This document shows, in pieces, positions 9,686 to 19,672 of a DNA stretch of 60,275 bases. Below the pieces are notes generated by a model, which saw only the letters and a list, made by a program, of their open reading frames with translations, made no database searches and had not been told where the DNA came from. Source of the DNA: Anaerolineae bacterium (GTDB lineage Bacteria; Chloroflexota; Anaerolineae; Aggregatilineales; Phototrophicaceae); contig JAIOHN010000079.1 of assembly GCA_019912985.1 (NCBI GenBank), positions 1-60,275 on the forward strand. The letters are read 5' to 3'. The translations under genes and the position numbers were made by a program. Each line of letters opens with the position of its first letter. Within the stretch, counting starts at the first letter, position 1.

Positions 9686-10440
9686 AAAGGGAAACGATTC
9701 TCTGGATTGTCGGCGCAGCAGCGGTGGGGGCCGCCCTGTTTGCGCTGGGCAGCCTGTTTACACTCGGTTCAGCGGCGACACAGGGGCCACCCACTTACAG
9801 TCTGAGCGCAGGCAGTGCCGGGATGCTCGGTGGTGGCGGCTATTATTATGACTTCGTGACAACAGATTCCTGGCCCCCGGAAGAGGTCACGACCGATGTC
9901 CAGGCTTACCTGGATCGACAAAACAACCCAGACCTGGTTCTGGCCCGCCTCAGACAGTTTGACCTGGCTTATCAGGCCGACATCGTCGAACGGAGCACAG
10001 GACGTCATGCCTTCGGGTTGATGGTCAGCGCCGCCCAGATCTCGCCAGAAGCGGGTCCCAACGTCTTCTGGAACACGAAGTACGGCCCGCTGATCGCCGA
10101 GGTCGGTGGCGGTTACGGGATGCTGGGGCGCTTACTGCCCCAGGAGTCCGCGGACGAGATGCCGGTCACCGCCGCGGAAGCCCGAAGCATCGCAGCAGAA
10201 GCCATTCCAGCGGTGAATAACGATCTCAGCGGAAGTGCGGAGGCGACCACCCCGGCATCAAGCAGCGATCTCAGCCTGGGTGACGAAACGGCGACCTTCT
10301 ACGGTTTCTACGAGTTCAGTGTTCTGCAAGCAGGCGAGCCGGTGGGTGAGTTGGACGTCAACGGCTACAGTGGCCAGACCTGGTTCAAGGACTGGGGACG
10401 ACCGCCCCTGAGCACACAGGATGTAACGCCAGCCCAGTAA
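9682..10440 (+). CDS. membrane-anchored PepSY-like protein (paralogue of 47185-48042)
   Basis: N-terminal TM. C-terminal FYGFYEFSVLQAGEPVGELDVNGYSGQTWFKDW parallels FYGYYTLHVLQDGEIIGMLSVNGYNEQVWLHHW in 47185-48042. Confidence 0.6.
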   Translation: MKRETILWIVGAAAVGAALFALGSLFTLGSAATQGPPTYSLSAGSAGMLGGGGYYYDFVTTDSWPPEEVTTDVQAYLDRQNNPDLVLARLRQFDLAYQADIVERSTGRHAFGLMVSAAQISPEAGPNVFWNTKYGPLIAEVGGGYGMLGRLLPQESADEMPVTAAEARSIAAEAIPAVNNDLSGSAEATTPASSSDLSLGDETATFYGFYEFSVLQAGEPVGELDVNGYSGQTWFKDWGRPPLSTQDVTPAQ

Positions 10441-10527
10441 ACGTGAGCGTGGTATCGGGTCTGAGACACCCAGCGCTCCATTCTCACTCAGTTCTGGTTT
10501 TTGAAGCAGTGTATCGGGAGGCATCAC

Positions 10528-11628
10528 ATGTTGGGCGAGCAAGCGGTTAATGGAAGCGAAAAAAAGCGCTACGATGTGATTATCGTCGGCGCCAGCTTTG
10601 CCGGGCTGGCGGTGGCCGCGCAGCTGCGGAACAAACGCGTCCTGGTTCTGGATCGGAAGCCTATTGGCACCGGGCAGACCTCCGCCTGCGGCACACCGCT
10701 GCACACCCTTCAGGCTCTGGGGCTTGACGATGCTGTTCTTCAGGTCCACGAGCGGATTGTGGTGCATACACCGGGGCGCGATTTTGTGTATCCGCTGGCC
10801 GAACCCTTCTGCACCTTCGATTACTTCACGCTTTGTCAGCGGCTCTGGCAGCGCGCTGACGCTGATTTTGTCCAGGGTGCCGCGCTTGAGGTGCAATCCG
10901 GTAGTGTGCGCACCACACAGGGTGTTTTCCACAGCGCCATGACCGTGGACGCGTCAGGATGGCGAGCCGCCCTCGCGCGTCACCTCCAGCCGGACATGGT
11001 GCGCCGGGATCGGTTGAATTTTGGTCTCGAAACATCGGTTTCCCATCCCGATTATGATCTGCATTTCGGGTACGATCCCCGACTTTTCTCGAAGATGGAT
11101 GTGAGCTGGGCCTTTCCTGCTGGAGAATCGAACCGGGTCGGTCTGGCCAGCTACAGCGGCGACAGCCATCTGGCGGACAAGCTGGATGCGCTCCTGGCCG
11201 ACTTAGACCTTCAACCGAACGAGATGCATGGAGGCTTTCTCCCTCACTCGCTGCGGGAGCCCATCGTGGGCGATGTGTTTCTCGTGGGCGATGCGGCAGG
11301 ACAGTGCCTGGGGCTGACCGGTGAAGGCATCCGACCGGCGTTGTACTTTGGCACCTATCTCGGCGGCCTGCTGTGTCAGGTATTGGAGAGCGATCTTACC
11401 CTTGCGCAGGCGCGCGATTCTTACCGGAAACAGGTAGCTGAGCGGAAGGTGGGCTACGAATGGTTATGCCGTGCCCAGCGTGTGCTGCCTCGGCTGCCGC
11501 TGCCGCTGGTGCGGGCAGCGATGGCCGTTGTCAGCCAACCAATCGTGCTAAAGTATGTCCTGGCTCGCTACATGCAAGCTTTCCAGATGTCAGAAGCAGT
11601 GCAGGTCATTCCCTCCGGGCTGAAATGA
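10528..11628 (+). CDS. FAD-dependent oxidoreductase, geranylgeranyl-reductase-like
   Basis: GGGAGG RBS. Dinucleotide fold YDVIIVGASFAGLAVA and VGDAAGQCLGLTGEGIRPALYFG. Confidence 0.75.
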   Translation: MLGEQAVNGSEKKRYDVIIVGASFAGLAVAAQLRNKRVLVLDRKPIGTGQTSACGTPLHTLQALGLDDAVLQVHERIVVHTPGRDFVYPLAEPFCTFDYFTLCQRLWQRADADFVQGAALEVQSGSVRTTQGVFHSAMTVDASGWRAALARHLQPDMVRRDRLNFGLETSVSHPDYDLHFGYDPRLFSKMDVSWAFPAGESNRVGLASYSGDSHLADKLDALLADLDLQPNEMHGGFLPHSLREPIVGDVFLVGDAAGQCLGLTGEGIRPALYFGTYLGGLLCQVLESDLTLAQARDSYRKQVAERKVGYEWLCRAQRVLPRLPLPLVRAAMAVVSQPIVLKYVLARYMQAFQMSEAVQVIPSGLK

Positions 11629-11728
11629 TGCGGTAAACGGAGAAACAGAAGGTGTGGTTTATCTCACTCGGCGGATTCTCGCCGTTTCTTACGATTGACT
11701 TATTGAAGAGAATATTGGGAGGATTGAA

Positions 11729-12211
11729 ATGGGCATAAGTTCGAAACTAGGCAATCTGGGGGTGGTCACCACGACCCTCGATCAGGCGGTCAATTGGGCG
11801 CACACCGGCTCGATGTGGCCGCTGCTGTTCGGCCTGGCCTGCTGCGCAATTGAGTACATGAGTACCCAGTGTGGGCATTACGATCTGTCCCGCTTTGGTA
11901 TGGAACTGAATCGAGCTACGCCTCGTCAGGCCGACCTGCTCATTGTGTCCGGGCGCGTGACACGCAAGATGGCTCCGGTGGTGCGCCAGCTTTATGATCA
12001 GATGGCCGACCCGAAGTGGGTCATTTCGATGGGCGACTGCGCCTCGTGCGGCGGCGTGTACAACAACTATGCCGTCGTGCAGGGTGTGGACGAGATACTC
12101 CCGGTGGATGTCTACGTGGCAGGTTGCCCGCCGCGTCCGGAGCAGCTGCTGCATGGCATCCTGACCTTGCATCAAAAAGTCCAGGGAGAAACCATCACCG
12201 ATTGGGCGTGA
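11729..12211 (+). CDS. NuoB-family (20-kDa, N2 Fe-S cluster) subunit, solitary
   Basis: [27 protein letters not shown] and [12 protein letters not shown] cluster ligands are intact. No other nuo or hydrogenase subunit is in the window. Confidence 0.85.
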   Translation: MGISSKLGNLGVVTTTLDQAVNWAHTGSMWPLLFGLACCAIEYMSTQCGHYDLSRFGMELNRATPRQADLLIVSGRVTRKMAPVVRQLYDQMADPKWVISMGDCASCGGVYNNYAVVQGVDEILPVDVYVAGCPPRPEQLLHGILTLHQKVQGETITDWA

Positions 12212-12294
12212 GGGAGCAGGGGAGGAGGTGTGCCAGGATGGAGTTGAGAATCGCCACGATGAGCGCGTGCAAGACACAAAATTGTGAGCAACAT

Positions 12295-12308
12295 GCGCCA
12301 TTTGGCGC
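12295..12308. promoter_or_regulatory. perfect 14-bp palindrome GCGCCATTTGGCGC (orphan copy of the recurrent motif)
   Basis: Read directly, 75 nt upstream of the DUF2933 gene. No TAnnnT hexamer at the 24-nt offset on either side. Confidence 0.4.
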
Positions 12309-12382
12309 TCCTTGCCCCACGCTGAATGACGCTTTTGCGCGCCGGGGTCTCATGATAGCTTAGGTGAAGTGATTCAGGAGAC

Positions 12383-12646
12383 ATGCATATGAACAAGTCC
12401 CAACCGTTCCAACTGGGTGCCTGGCTTCAGACGCGCACCGGTTTTGTGACCGTCATATTCCTGCTAATCGCCGCTTTTTACCTGATTACCGAGCATACGG
12501 CGCACGTCTTCGGTGTGCTGCCTTACGCGCTGCTGCTGCTGTGCCCCCTGCTGCACCTGTTCATGCATGGCGGCCATGCCGGTCATACATCGGAGGACAA
12601 GAGCAACGGAAGTCCGTCAGACGATGCGCCAAGACACGTCCACTAG
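12383..12646 (+). CDS. DUF2933-family small membrane protein
   Basis: Two TM helices followed by LCPLLHLFMHGGHAGH, typical of DUF2933. Confidence 0.7.
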   Translation: MHMNKSQPFQLGAWLQTRTGFVTVIFLLIAAFYLITEHTAHVFGVLPYALLLLCPLLHLFMHGGHAGHTSEDKSNGSPSDDAPRHVH

Positions 12647-12652
12647 AAGGGA

Positions 12653-13315
12653 ATGCTGATGGATACGGGAACGCCTGCTTATGGCTTATGGACGCTGGTC
12701 ATTCTGAATACGGCTGTGTTTGTCATGTTCGCATTCAGTTTTATCCGTCCGCGCAGCGTGCGGGACTGGCGTTCTCTGGGCGCCTTTTCGGCGTTCCTGT
12801 TGGCGCTCTTTACCGAAATGTATGGTTTCCCCCTCACGATATACCTCTTGTCCGGGTGGCTGAACAGCCGGTTTCCGGGTGTTGACCTGTTGTCGCACGA
12901 CAGCGGCCATCTCTGGTCAACGCTCCTGGGCTGGCAAGGCGATCCCCATTTCAGCCCGTTTCACCTTCTCAGCTATCTGCTGATTGGCGGCGGCTTTCTT
13001 CTGATCTCGGCAGCGTGGGATGTGCTTTACAAGGCCCAGCGTGAGCAGCAGCTGGCAACAGCAGGGCCCTATGCTCGCGTGCGCCACCCGCAGTATGTTG
13101 GCTTTGTCATCGTCATGCTGGGTTTTCTTTTCCAGTGGCCGACCCTCATTACACTGGTCATGTTCCCCATTCTCGTGGTCATGTACATGCGGCTGGCACG
13201 CCGCGAGGAGCGAGAGACAATTGCGCAATTTGGCGAGGAATACCTGGCTTATGCCCGATCCACCCCTGCGTTTTTCCCGCGCCTGTCCGACTTAAGCGCG
13301 TCGGTCCGCGAGTAG
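12653..13315 (+). CDS. isoprenylcysteine carboxyl methyltransferase (ICMT/PEMT) family protein
   Basis: GPYARVRHPQYVGFVIVMLGF...MRLARREERETIAQFGEEYLAYARSTPAFFP. Confidence 0.8.
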   Translation: MLMDTGTPAYGLWTLVILNTAVFVMFAFSFIRPRSVRDWRSLGAFSAFLLALFTEMYGFPLTIYLLSGWLNSRFPGVDLLSHDSGHLWSTLLGWQGDPHFSPFHLLSYLLIGGGFLLISAAWDVLYKAQREQQLATAGPYARVRHPQYVGFVIVMLGFLFQWPTLITLVMFPILVVMYMRLARREERETIAQFGEEYLAYARSTPAFFPRLSDLSASVRE

Positions 13316-13370
13316 TGGTGTCCGCTTTGCCACTTTGACCGGTAGAAATGGGGAAGTGAAGGAGAATGTC

Positions 13371-14705
13371 ATGGTGTCGCAAACGATCACGATTCGCCCG
13401 GTTTCGATTGAGCGGACAAGCAGGTTTCTCGATTTGCTTTTACCGCCGCCGCGTGATTTTGACATCCGTTTGTGGGACGGCACTTGCCTCAAAGGCACCG
13501 ACACCGTGCCCCGCTTCACCATGACACTCAATACGCCGGGAACATTGAGACGCATGTTCCGTCCGCCGATCGAGCTCGCGTTAGCGGAGGCGTTCATCCG
13601 AGGTGAACTGGACATTGAAGGTGATTTGACTGCCGCGATCTACGTTTTTTCCAGTCCGCCATCCAGGATGTCTCGGGATGGGTTCGCGCTGATTCGCCGG
13701 TGGTCTGTCCTGCCGGTAGGTCAACGATCTGCGCCGCCAGTTAACCGCAGGGCGGCTCACCTTTCCGGCGCACGGCACTCCAGAGAACGCGATCGGGCAG
13801 CGGTCCAATATCACTACGATGTGGGCAACGATTTCTACGCGCTGTGGCTTGACAAGTGTATGGTTTATTCCTGTGCTTACTTTCCAACCGGGACAGAGGA
13901 TCTTGATACCGCTCAGGAACAGAAGTTGGAGATGATCTGCCGTAAGTTGCAGCTCAGGCGAGGAGAAACTCTACTGGACATCGGCTGCGGTTGGGGTGGG
14001 CTGGTCGTCTATGCGGCGCAGAAGTACGGTGTCAACGCGATAGGCGTCACGCTTAGCAGGCAGCAGCACGAGTTAGCGAACCAGCGGATCGCAGCCGCAA
14101 GACTGAAAGGCTGTGCCGTCAAGCTGCTGGATTATCGTGACATACGCGGCGGGCCTTTTGACAAAGTGGTAAGTGTTGGCATGGTTGAGCATGTGGGCAG
14201 AAATCATCTCCCGGAATACTTTGCCTATGCATACCGCCTGCTCAAGCCCGGCGGTCTGTTTCTCAATCACGGCATCTCGATGCCGCCGTCCGCGCTCACG
14301 CCGATGTCGCCCAGGGAGCAATTTGTGAACCGCTTCCTATTGGGATCGGGGTCTTTTATCCAGCGGTATATCTTCCCCGACGGCGAGCTTCAACCGGTGA
14401 ATGAGGTTAACCTGATCGCCGAAAAGACCGGCTTTGAGCTGCGGCACGTTGAGAATTTCCGCGAGCACTACGTGCTCACGCTGCGTCGGTGGATTGAGCG
14501 GCTGGATGAATGCTATGACGAAGTAATCCGTTTAGCAAGCGAGGAGGTGTACCGCACGTGGAAGCTGTACCTGTCCGCTTCCGTGCAAGGATTTGAGATC
14601 GGCAGACTCAGCGTGAACCAGACGCTGCTCCACAAACCCATGTACAGCCGCCAACAGGTCACTCTGCCAGACGCGCGCCGCTGCTGCGGCTTAGGCTCGC
14701 CATAA
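13371..14705 (+). CDS. cfa: cyclopropane-fatty-acyl-phospholipid synthase family methyltransferase
   Basis: GAAGGAG RBS before the ATG at 13371. HYDVGNDFYALWLDKCMVYSCAYF, LLDIGCGWGGL and HVENFREHYVLTLRRW. Confidence 0.85.
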   Translation: MVSQTITIRPVSIERTSRFLDLLLPPPRDFDIRLWDGTCLKGTDTVPRFTMTLNTPGTLRRMFRPPIELALAEAFIRGELDIEGDLTAAIYVFSSPPSRMSRDGFALIRRWSVLPVGQRSAPPVNRRAAHLSGARHSRERDRAAVQYHYDVGNDFYALWLDKCMVYSCAYFPTGTEDLDTAQEQKLEMICRKLQLRRGETLLDIGCGWGGLVVYAAQKYGVNAIGVTLSRQQHELANQRIAAARLKGCAVKLLDYRDIRGGPFDKVVSVGMVEHVGRNHLPEYFAYAYRLLKPGGLFLNHGISMPPSALTPMSPREQFVNRFLLGSGSFIQRYIFPDGELQPVNEVNLIAEKTGFELRHVENFREHYVLTLRRWIERLDECYDEVIRLASEEVYRTWKLYLSASVQGFEIGRLSVNQTLLHKPMYSRQQVTLPDARRCCGLGSP

Positions 14706-15355
14706 CGCAGTGCTTGCGCCAAGTCCAGTACGAATGGTGCTTTGATTGCGTCCTGTGTGAGATTTACCAGTTAGACTTCATTGGGTTGATACAGTCAGCG
14801 CAATAGGATCTGGCTGCGTGCCTGTACCCAATGGTTACGAGCGTCATCCGCACGTTTTGGAGGTTGCTTTAGAAACAGGAAAATTGTGCATGTCGTCTGG
14901 TGTCAGGATTGGGCCGTTTCTGAACTGACAGTCAGCTATTGTCAACGTGGGGTATCTGCCAGCCTGAGCAACAGCGCCGCCGCAGGCTGCGGCGAAGTCG
15001 TGAAATCTGGAGCAATGTTTCGTCCGTAGATCAAGCAGCGTGGTGATCACAGCCGGGACGAAACGGTTCTCCGGCTGCTATTGTGGAACCGACCTTGGAG
15101 TGGAAAGTGATTCGGTCCTGAGCCACGGCGGCTGTGTGGCGAGCAATTGTCCTGAGCCGCAGGTCGTTCATTGATGAAGATATTGGTTCGCTGTAGGAGT
15201 AGAGACACTTGATAAACTTGAATGAGAAGTGCGGCTATCACTGCCGGGGCGAGGTCTATCCTCGTCACATGGTGTCAGTGAACGCGATAAACCGGTAAAC
15301 TCGAACAGAGAGGTATCTCTCATACGCGTAAGTCTGTTTTTGGAAGGAGAACCTT

Positions 15356-15754
15356 ATGACGGCTGAATTGGGATTCCAGGCACGATTGCATTTGTCATAC
15401 GATCAAGCGATGCAGAAAACCACTGAGGCACTCAAGGAAGAAGGGTTCGGGATACTCACGGAAATCGATGTCAAAGCAACTATGAAACAGAAACTCGATG
15501 CGGATTTCCGTCGCTACACCATTCTCGGTGCTTGTAATCCTCCGTTAGCGCATCGGGGCCTGTCTGCCAATCTCGACATCGGGCTGCTGCTGCCCTGTAA
15601 TGTCACCGTATATGAGGATGGCGAGGAGATCGTTGTGACGGCAGTGGACCCGGTGACAATGCTGGGCGCACTCAAAGATGATCAGGTGGTCTGTGATGTG
15701 GCTGAAGAAGCCAAATTGAGGCTAAAACGGGTGATTGAGAAGCTGAACAGCTAG
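15356..15754 (+). CDS. DUF302 domain protein
   Basis: GGAAGGAG RBS. GFGILTEIDVKATMKQKLDADFRRYTILGACNPPLA...LLPCNVTVYEDG. Confidence 0.85.
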   Translation: MTAELGFQARLHLSYDQAMQKTTEALKEEGFGILTEIDVKATMKQKLDADFRRYTILGACNPPLAHRGLSANLDIGLLLPCNVTVYEDGEEIVVTAVDPVTMLGALKDDQVVCDVAEEAKLRLKRVIEKLNS

Positions 15755-16105
15755 GAGACTATACTCTTCCGAAAGGTGACTGTAAAAGAGGGCAGCCACG
15801 AGGTAGCCGTAAACGGGCACACCCGATGATAGCCTGTTTTGGTCCATTCTCTTTGCGTGACCGTTCGATAAATGTGATTTTATGGCAGATAGTCGTTTCC
15901 CAAATTCCGAACGACCACCGATAAACGGGTTGCACACACGATATACGGTGGTGGTGCCGTGCCTGCTGACCATGTCGGTCGCGGCAAACACGAGACAGCT
16001 CACGCTGGACATATGATGCCCGCTGTACCAGCTTTAACGGAGTAGCACTAGCCGGAAGAATCTGTTCCGCCCATTCGTTTGTCCGCATTTGTGTAGAACG
16101 GTCTT

Positions 16106-17044
16106 ATGAGAAAACACTCTGAAGTCGGCGCCCGGCTGCCCGGTTCATCTGCAGACACAGCAAGCCAGAGGGAGCGCTTCTTGTCGGGCGATCTGGTACG
16201 CCTGATCCTGGTGATGTTCCTATGGGCGTTGTGCTTTCCCCTGATTGCCACCGGTCTCCCCCTGGTGCCGCCACTTTATTTCGCCGCCCTGCGATCATTC
16301 CTGGCCGGTATGGGTTTGCTGCTGCCTGCCTTTGCGTTGCGCCGTCCGCTGCCGCGCGAGAGGCGCGTGTGGTTGGGCCTCCTGGGCGTGGGGCTGAGTT
16401 CCACCAGCCTGGGCTTCGGGGGCATGTTCCTGGCGGGCGGTCTGGTCAGCCCTGGACTGGCAACCGTAATTGCCAACGCCCAACCGCTTATGGCTGCGGG
16501 GATCGGGTATTTTGTGCTGGGCGAAGGGCTGGGTCCCCGTCGGGGCACGGGATTACTGCTTGGCTTCGCCGGTATCGTCCTAACCGCGCTTCCCAGTCTG
16601 GGGACGCAGGGCGTAAACAGCGGTGGCGCCGGAGTTGGTTTCATCCTGTTGGGCGCTTTGGGGGTCGCGGTAGGGAACGTGCTGCTCAAGCGGCTGGCTG
16701 GTCGGGTTGATCCACTCATGGCGACGGGCTGGCAGTTTATCCTGGGTGGTGTGCCTTTGCTGCTCGCTGCTCAGGTTGTCGAATCTCCACTTCAGGTTGT
16801 CTGGAGTCCTGCGTTTGTCATCAATCTAATGGTACTCAGCCTGCTGGGTACGGCACTCGCGTTTGTCCTATGGTTTTCAGCCTTGCACCGGGGCGATCTA
16901 AATCGCTTGAACACCTTTACCTTTCTTACGCCCGTTTTTGCGCTGCTGATCGGCGCACTCTTCTTTAGCGAGCGTTTAGGGTTAACGGAAATTACAGGGA
17001 TCATCCTGAGTCTGAGCGGTATCTTCTGGGTCAATCGCAGCTAG
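16106..17044 (+). CDS. DMT-superfamily (EamA) transporter
   Basis: Ten hydrophobic segments in two EamA-like halves. The start codon is uncertain. Confidence 0.75.
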   Translation: MRKHSEVGARLPGSSADTASQRERFLSGDLVRLILVMFLWALCFPLIATGLPLVPPLYFAALRSFLAGMGLLLPAFALRRPLPRERRVWLGLLGVGLSSTSLGFGGMFLAGGLVSPGLATVIANAQPLMAAGIGYFVLGEGLGPRRGTGLLLGFAGIVLTALPSLGTQGVNSGGAGVGFILLGALGVAVGNVLLKRLAGRVDPLMATGWQFILGGVPLLLAAQVVESPLQVVWSPAFVINLMVLSLLGTALAFVLWFSALHRGDLNRLNTFTFLTPVFALLIGALFFSERLGLTEITGIILSLSGIFWVNRS

Positions 17045-17078
17045 GGCAGGGTCTCAGCCGCTCTTTCGCAGCAGGACA

Positions 17079-17090
17079 GGCCATTTGGCG
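17079..17090. promoter_or_regulatory. motif copy GGCCATTTGGCG, 24 bp centre-to-centre upstream of 17103-17114
   Basis: Read directly. No TAnnnT at the 24-nt offset, so it may be an auxiliary site. Confidence 0.35.
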
Positions 17091-17102
17091 TGTCATCCGG
17101 GG

Positions 17103-17144
17103 CGCTATATAGCGCTAGGGAACAACGCTTGATTTATTTACACT
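17103..17144 (+). promoter_or_regulatory. palindrome CGCTATATAGCG + 24 nt + TACACT (putative promoter of 17239-17805)
   Basis: Palindrome 17103-17114, 24-nt spacer, hexamer 17139-17144. Same geometry as the other motif copies. Confidence 0.5.
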
Positions 17145-17238
17145 GAGTTTGTGTTGCGTTTCAAGCACACCCAGACAGTTGGAAGGCATAAAAGATGGAG
17201 ACTTCCCTGCCGATAGATTAATCGAAGGAGCAGATGCG

Positions 17239-17805
17239 ATGGCGAGCAATTTGGAACGGGCGTGGCGTTATCTGGATACGGATGTTGAACGCCAGGAACT
17301 CATTGACGATATCGCACAAGTGCGGCAGGCCATCCTGCACATCGTACAGTCCATTCCGCCCAGCCAATGGTACGAACCACGCTATCGTGGTCAGTCTCCG
17401 GCTGGGATGTTGGGATATTTGCATATGACGGATAATCTCGGATTGTGTGCCATTCGCCTGGCACTGGTCGGGATGCGCTTTTCCGTGCCTATGGGTCTAG
17501 CGGACCGACTCCACAATATCACGAGGCGCATTTTCAACCGCCGTCTGGTTGAAACCACTTTTTGCGATGTGAGTTATGACCAGCATAGGATCAGCGAGCT
17601 AATTATGCGCGCACCGGTGAATAAATTCACTGCCGAGACATACCACCCCCCGTCGAATACCTACCTCACCGTTGAGAGGGCGCTGCAGGAATACTTCCTG
17701 TTCCGCTGGCAAGATCACCTGGATATGATGCGCGAAGAGGAAGGCCTATTCTACGACCCACCAAAGAACGACCCGCCGACGAACCACTATAACCCGGTAT
17801 GGTGA
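17239..17805 (+). CDS. hypothetical protein (possibly a DinB-like helical bundle)
   Basis: GAAGGAG RBS before the ATG at 17239. The family assignment is weak. Confidence 0.45.
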   Translation: MASNLERAWRYLDTDVERQELIDDIAQVRQAILHIVQSIPPSQWYEPRYRGQSPAGMLGYLHMTDNLGLCAIRLALVGMRFSVPMGLADRLHNITRRIFNRRLVETTFCDVSYDQHRISELIMRAPVNKFTAETYHPPSNTYLTVERALQEYFLFRWQDHLDMMREEEGLFYDPPKNDPPTNHYNPVW

Positions 17806-17860
17806 GGTTGTGCCTTCGCACAATCAGCTTGCCGTGTAATGGTGTGGAGGTGAAAGCGAA

Positions 17861-19285
17861 GTGACTACTTTGACCCGATCCCGATTGAGCTTTAGCCAGA
17901 GTGTCAACTACATGGTGAATCGGGCATTCGAACATCTTGATCTGCCTCCCGGCCTCAAGGAACAGATCATGGCTTGCAACAGCGTGCTGCAGGTGCAGTT
18001 CCCAGTTCGGCTGGACAATGGCGAGTACCGCACCTTCACCGCCTGGCGTGCTGTCCACAGCGATCACCGCGTCCCAGTGAAGGGTGGTATGCGCTTTGCA
18101 CCCCACGTCCGGCAGGATGAAGTCATGGCCTTGGCTGCCCTGATGACCTACAAGTGCGCAATCGTCAACGTGCCTTATGGTGGCGCTAAAGGCGGCTTGC
18201 TTATCAGCCCCCGCGATTACAGTGATGAAGAACTGGAGCGCATCACGCGCCGGTTTGCCCGTGAACTGATTAGCAAAGGCTATATCGGCCCAGCCGTGAA
18301 TGTTCCTGCGCCGGACATGGGAACCGGGCCACGCGAGATGGCCTGGATTGCCGATACCTATAAAGAGATGCATCCAGATGAATTGAACTATTTCGCTTCG
18401 GTCACGGGCAAGCCGGTCGCCAATGGCGGGATTCGCGGGCGGACGGAGGCTACCGGGCGCGGTATTCAATATGTCCTTCGCGAGTTCTTTCGGCATCCTG
18501 AGGACGTGAAGATGGCTGACCTAACGGGCGATCTCGACGGTAAACGGATCGTCATTCAAGGACTGGGCAATGTCGGGTATCATGCGGCCAAGTTCCTTTC
18601 GGAAGAGGACGGCGCGAAGATCGTTGCCATCATTGAGCGGGACGGGGTCATCATGAACGAAAAGGGGCTGCCGGTTGAGGCCGTCAAGGCCTATCTGACG
18701 GAGCACGACAGTGTGCAGGGTTTCCCCGGCGCGGCCTATGACACGGATGGGGCAAAAGGCCTGGAACTGGCCTGTGATTTGTTGATCCTGGCAGCGCTAG
18801 AAGCTCAGGTCACACTGGACAATGTGGACAACCTCAAGACCTCATTGGTCGTGGAAGCGGCGAATGGGCCGGTGACGTTTGATGCCGATACCCGGCTGCG
18901 GCAGCGAGGTGTAGTAATTCTGCCGGACGCTTTCGTGAATGCTGGCGGGGTCACTGTGTCGTACTTTGAGTGGATCAAGAACCTGTCCCACATCCGTTTC
19001 GGGCGCATGGCGCGACGGCTGGACGAGCAGCATGGGAAGCGCGTCATCGAGGCTCTCGAATTGATGACCGGAAAAAAAGTACCTGATGAGTTTCGCGCGG
19101 ATTTGATGCTCCAGACTGACGAGTTGGCGCTTGTGCGCTCTGGGCTGGATGATACCATGCGAGAGGCCTATCAGGAAATCAGCGAAGCTCGCCACCGCAC
19201 GAATGAAGTCCTGGACTTTCGCACGGCAGCCTATTACGTCGCGCTCAAGAAGATTACCCGAACGCATCTGGATATGGGAGTCTAG
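17861..19285 (+). CDS. gdh: Glu/Leu/Phe/Val-family dehydrogenase, most likely glutamate dehydrogenase
   Basis: GGAGG RBS and GTG start. VPYGGAKGGLLISP catalytic-Lys motif and GLGNVGYHAA Rossmann motif. Confidence 0.85.
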   Translation: MTTLTRSRLSFSQSVNYMVNRAFEHLDLPPGLKEQIMACNSVLQVQFPVRLDNGEYRTFTAWRAVHSDHRVPVKGGMRFAPHVRQDEVMALAALMTYKCAIVNVPYGGAKGGLLISPRDYSDEELERITRRFARELISKGYIGPAVNVPAPDMGTGPREMAWIADTYKEMHPDELNYFASVTGKPVANGGIRGRTEATGRGIQYVLREFFRHPEDVKMADLTGDLDGKRIVIQGLGNVGYHAAKFLSEEDGAKIVAIIERDGVIMNEKGLPVEAVKAYLTEHDSVQGFPGAAYDTDGAKGLELACDLLILAALEAQVTLDNVDNLKTSLVVEAANGPVTFDADTRLRQRGVVILPDAFVNAGGVTVSYFEWIKNLSHIRFGRMARRLDEQHGKRVIEALELMTGKKVPDEFRADLMLQTDELALVRSGLDDTMREAYQEISEARHRTNEVLDFRTAAYYVALKKITRTHLDMGV

Positions 19286-19545
19286 CGGCTGGTGGTTATC
19301 AGTCAGCGCACTCCAAACCGACACTTATCGGGCAGCAGAACAGAAAGCGTCTGTTTGGTCAACTGGTGGATTACCTGCCAGCCCGTGGCGAACAAACTGT
19401 GATCACCTTTCATCTAGAACGTTTCGGTTTAGAGGATGGGAGGGCTGCTGGTACGCAATAAAGAACGGGCGCAGGTCTGTGTCCTAGCCGCTTGAAAAGC
19501 CGATTCCGAAATAACTGGGTTCATGGGAAAGCGCCCGACCTACCC

Positions 19546-19587
19546 CGCAGAATGGCGGATGTGTCTCATTCGGGCGGAGACTACACT
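19546..19587 (+). promoter_or_regulatory. half-degenerate motif CGCAGAATGGCG + 24 nt + TACACT (putative promoter of 19673-20294)
   Basis: Right arm TGGCG intact, spacer exactly 24 nt, hexamer 19582-19587. Confidence 0.45.
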
Positions 19588-19672
19588 ACAGGTAACAAAT
19601 ATCGTAAAGATATGGGACTGGCTTAGACAAGTTGCTTCCATCGGTAGGCCAGATAGAGAAGGATTGAAGCCC

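Noticed and set aside
12303-12315. Possible sigma54 promoter reading of TGGCGCTCCTTGC
   Set aside because: The GG-to-GC spacing is 10 nt rather than the 12 nt of the TGGCAC-N5-TTGC consensus. The element is better explained as the right arm of the palindrome.
14844-15268. Two short minus-strand ORFs as possible transposase or IS remnants
   Set aside because: I could not recognise any DDE, HTH or IS-family signature, and no terminal inverted repeats were seen.
17666-18496. 276-aa minus-strand ORF antisense to gdh
   Set aside because: This is a shadow ORF. The plus frame has the GDH catalytic and Rossmann motifs.
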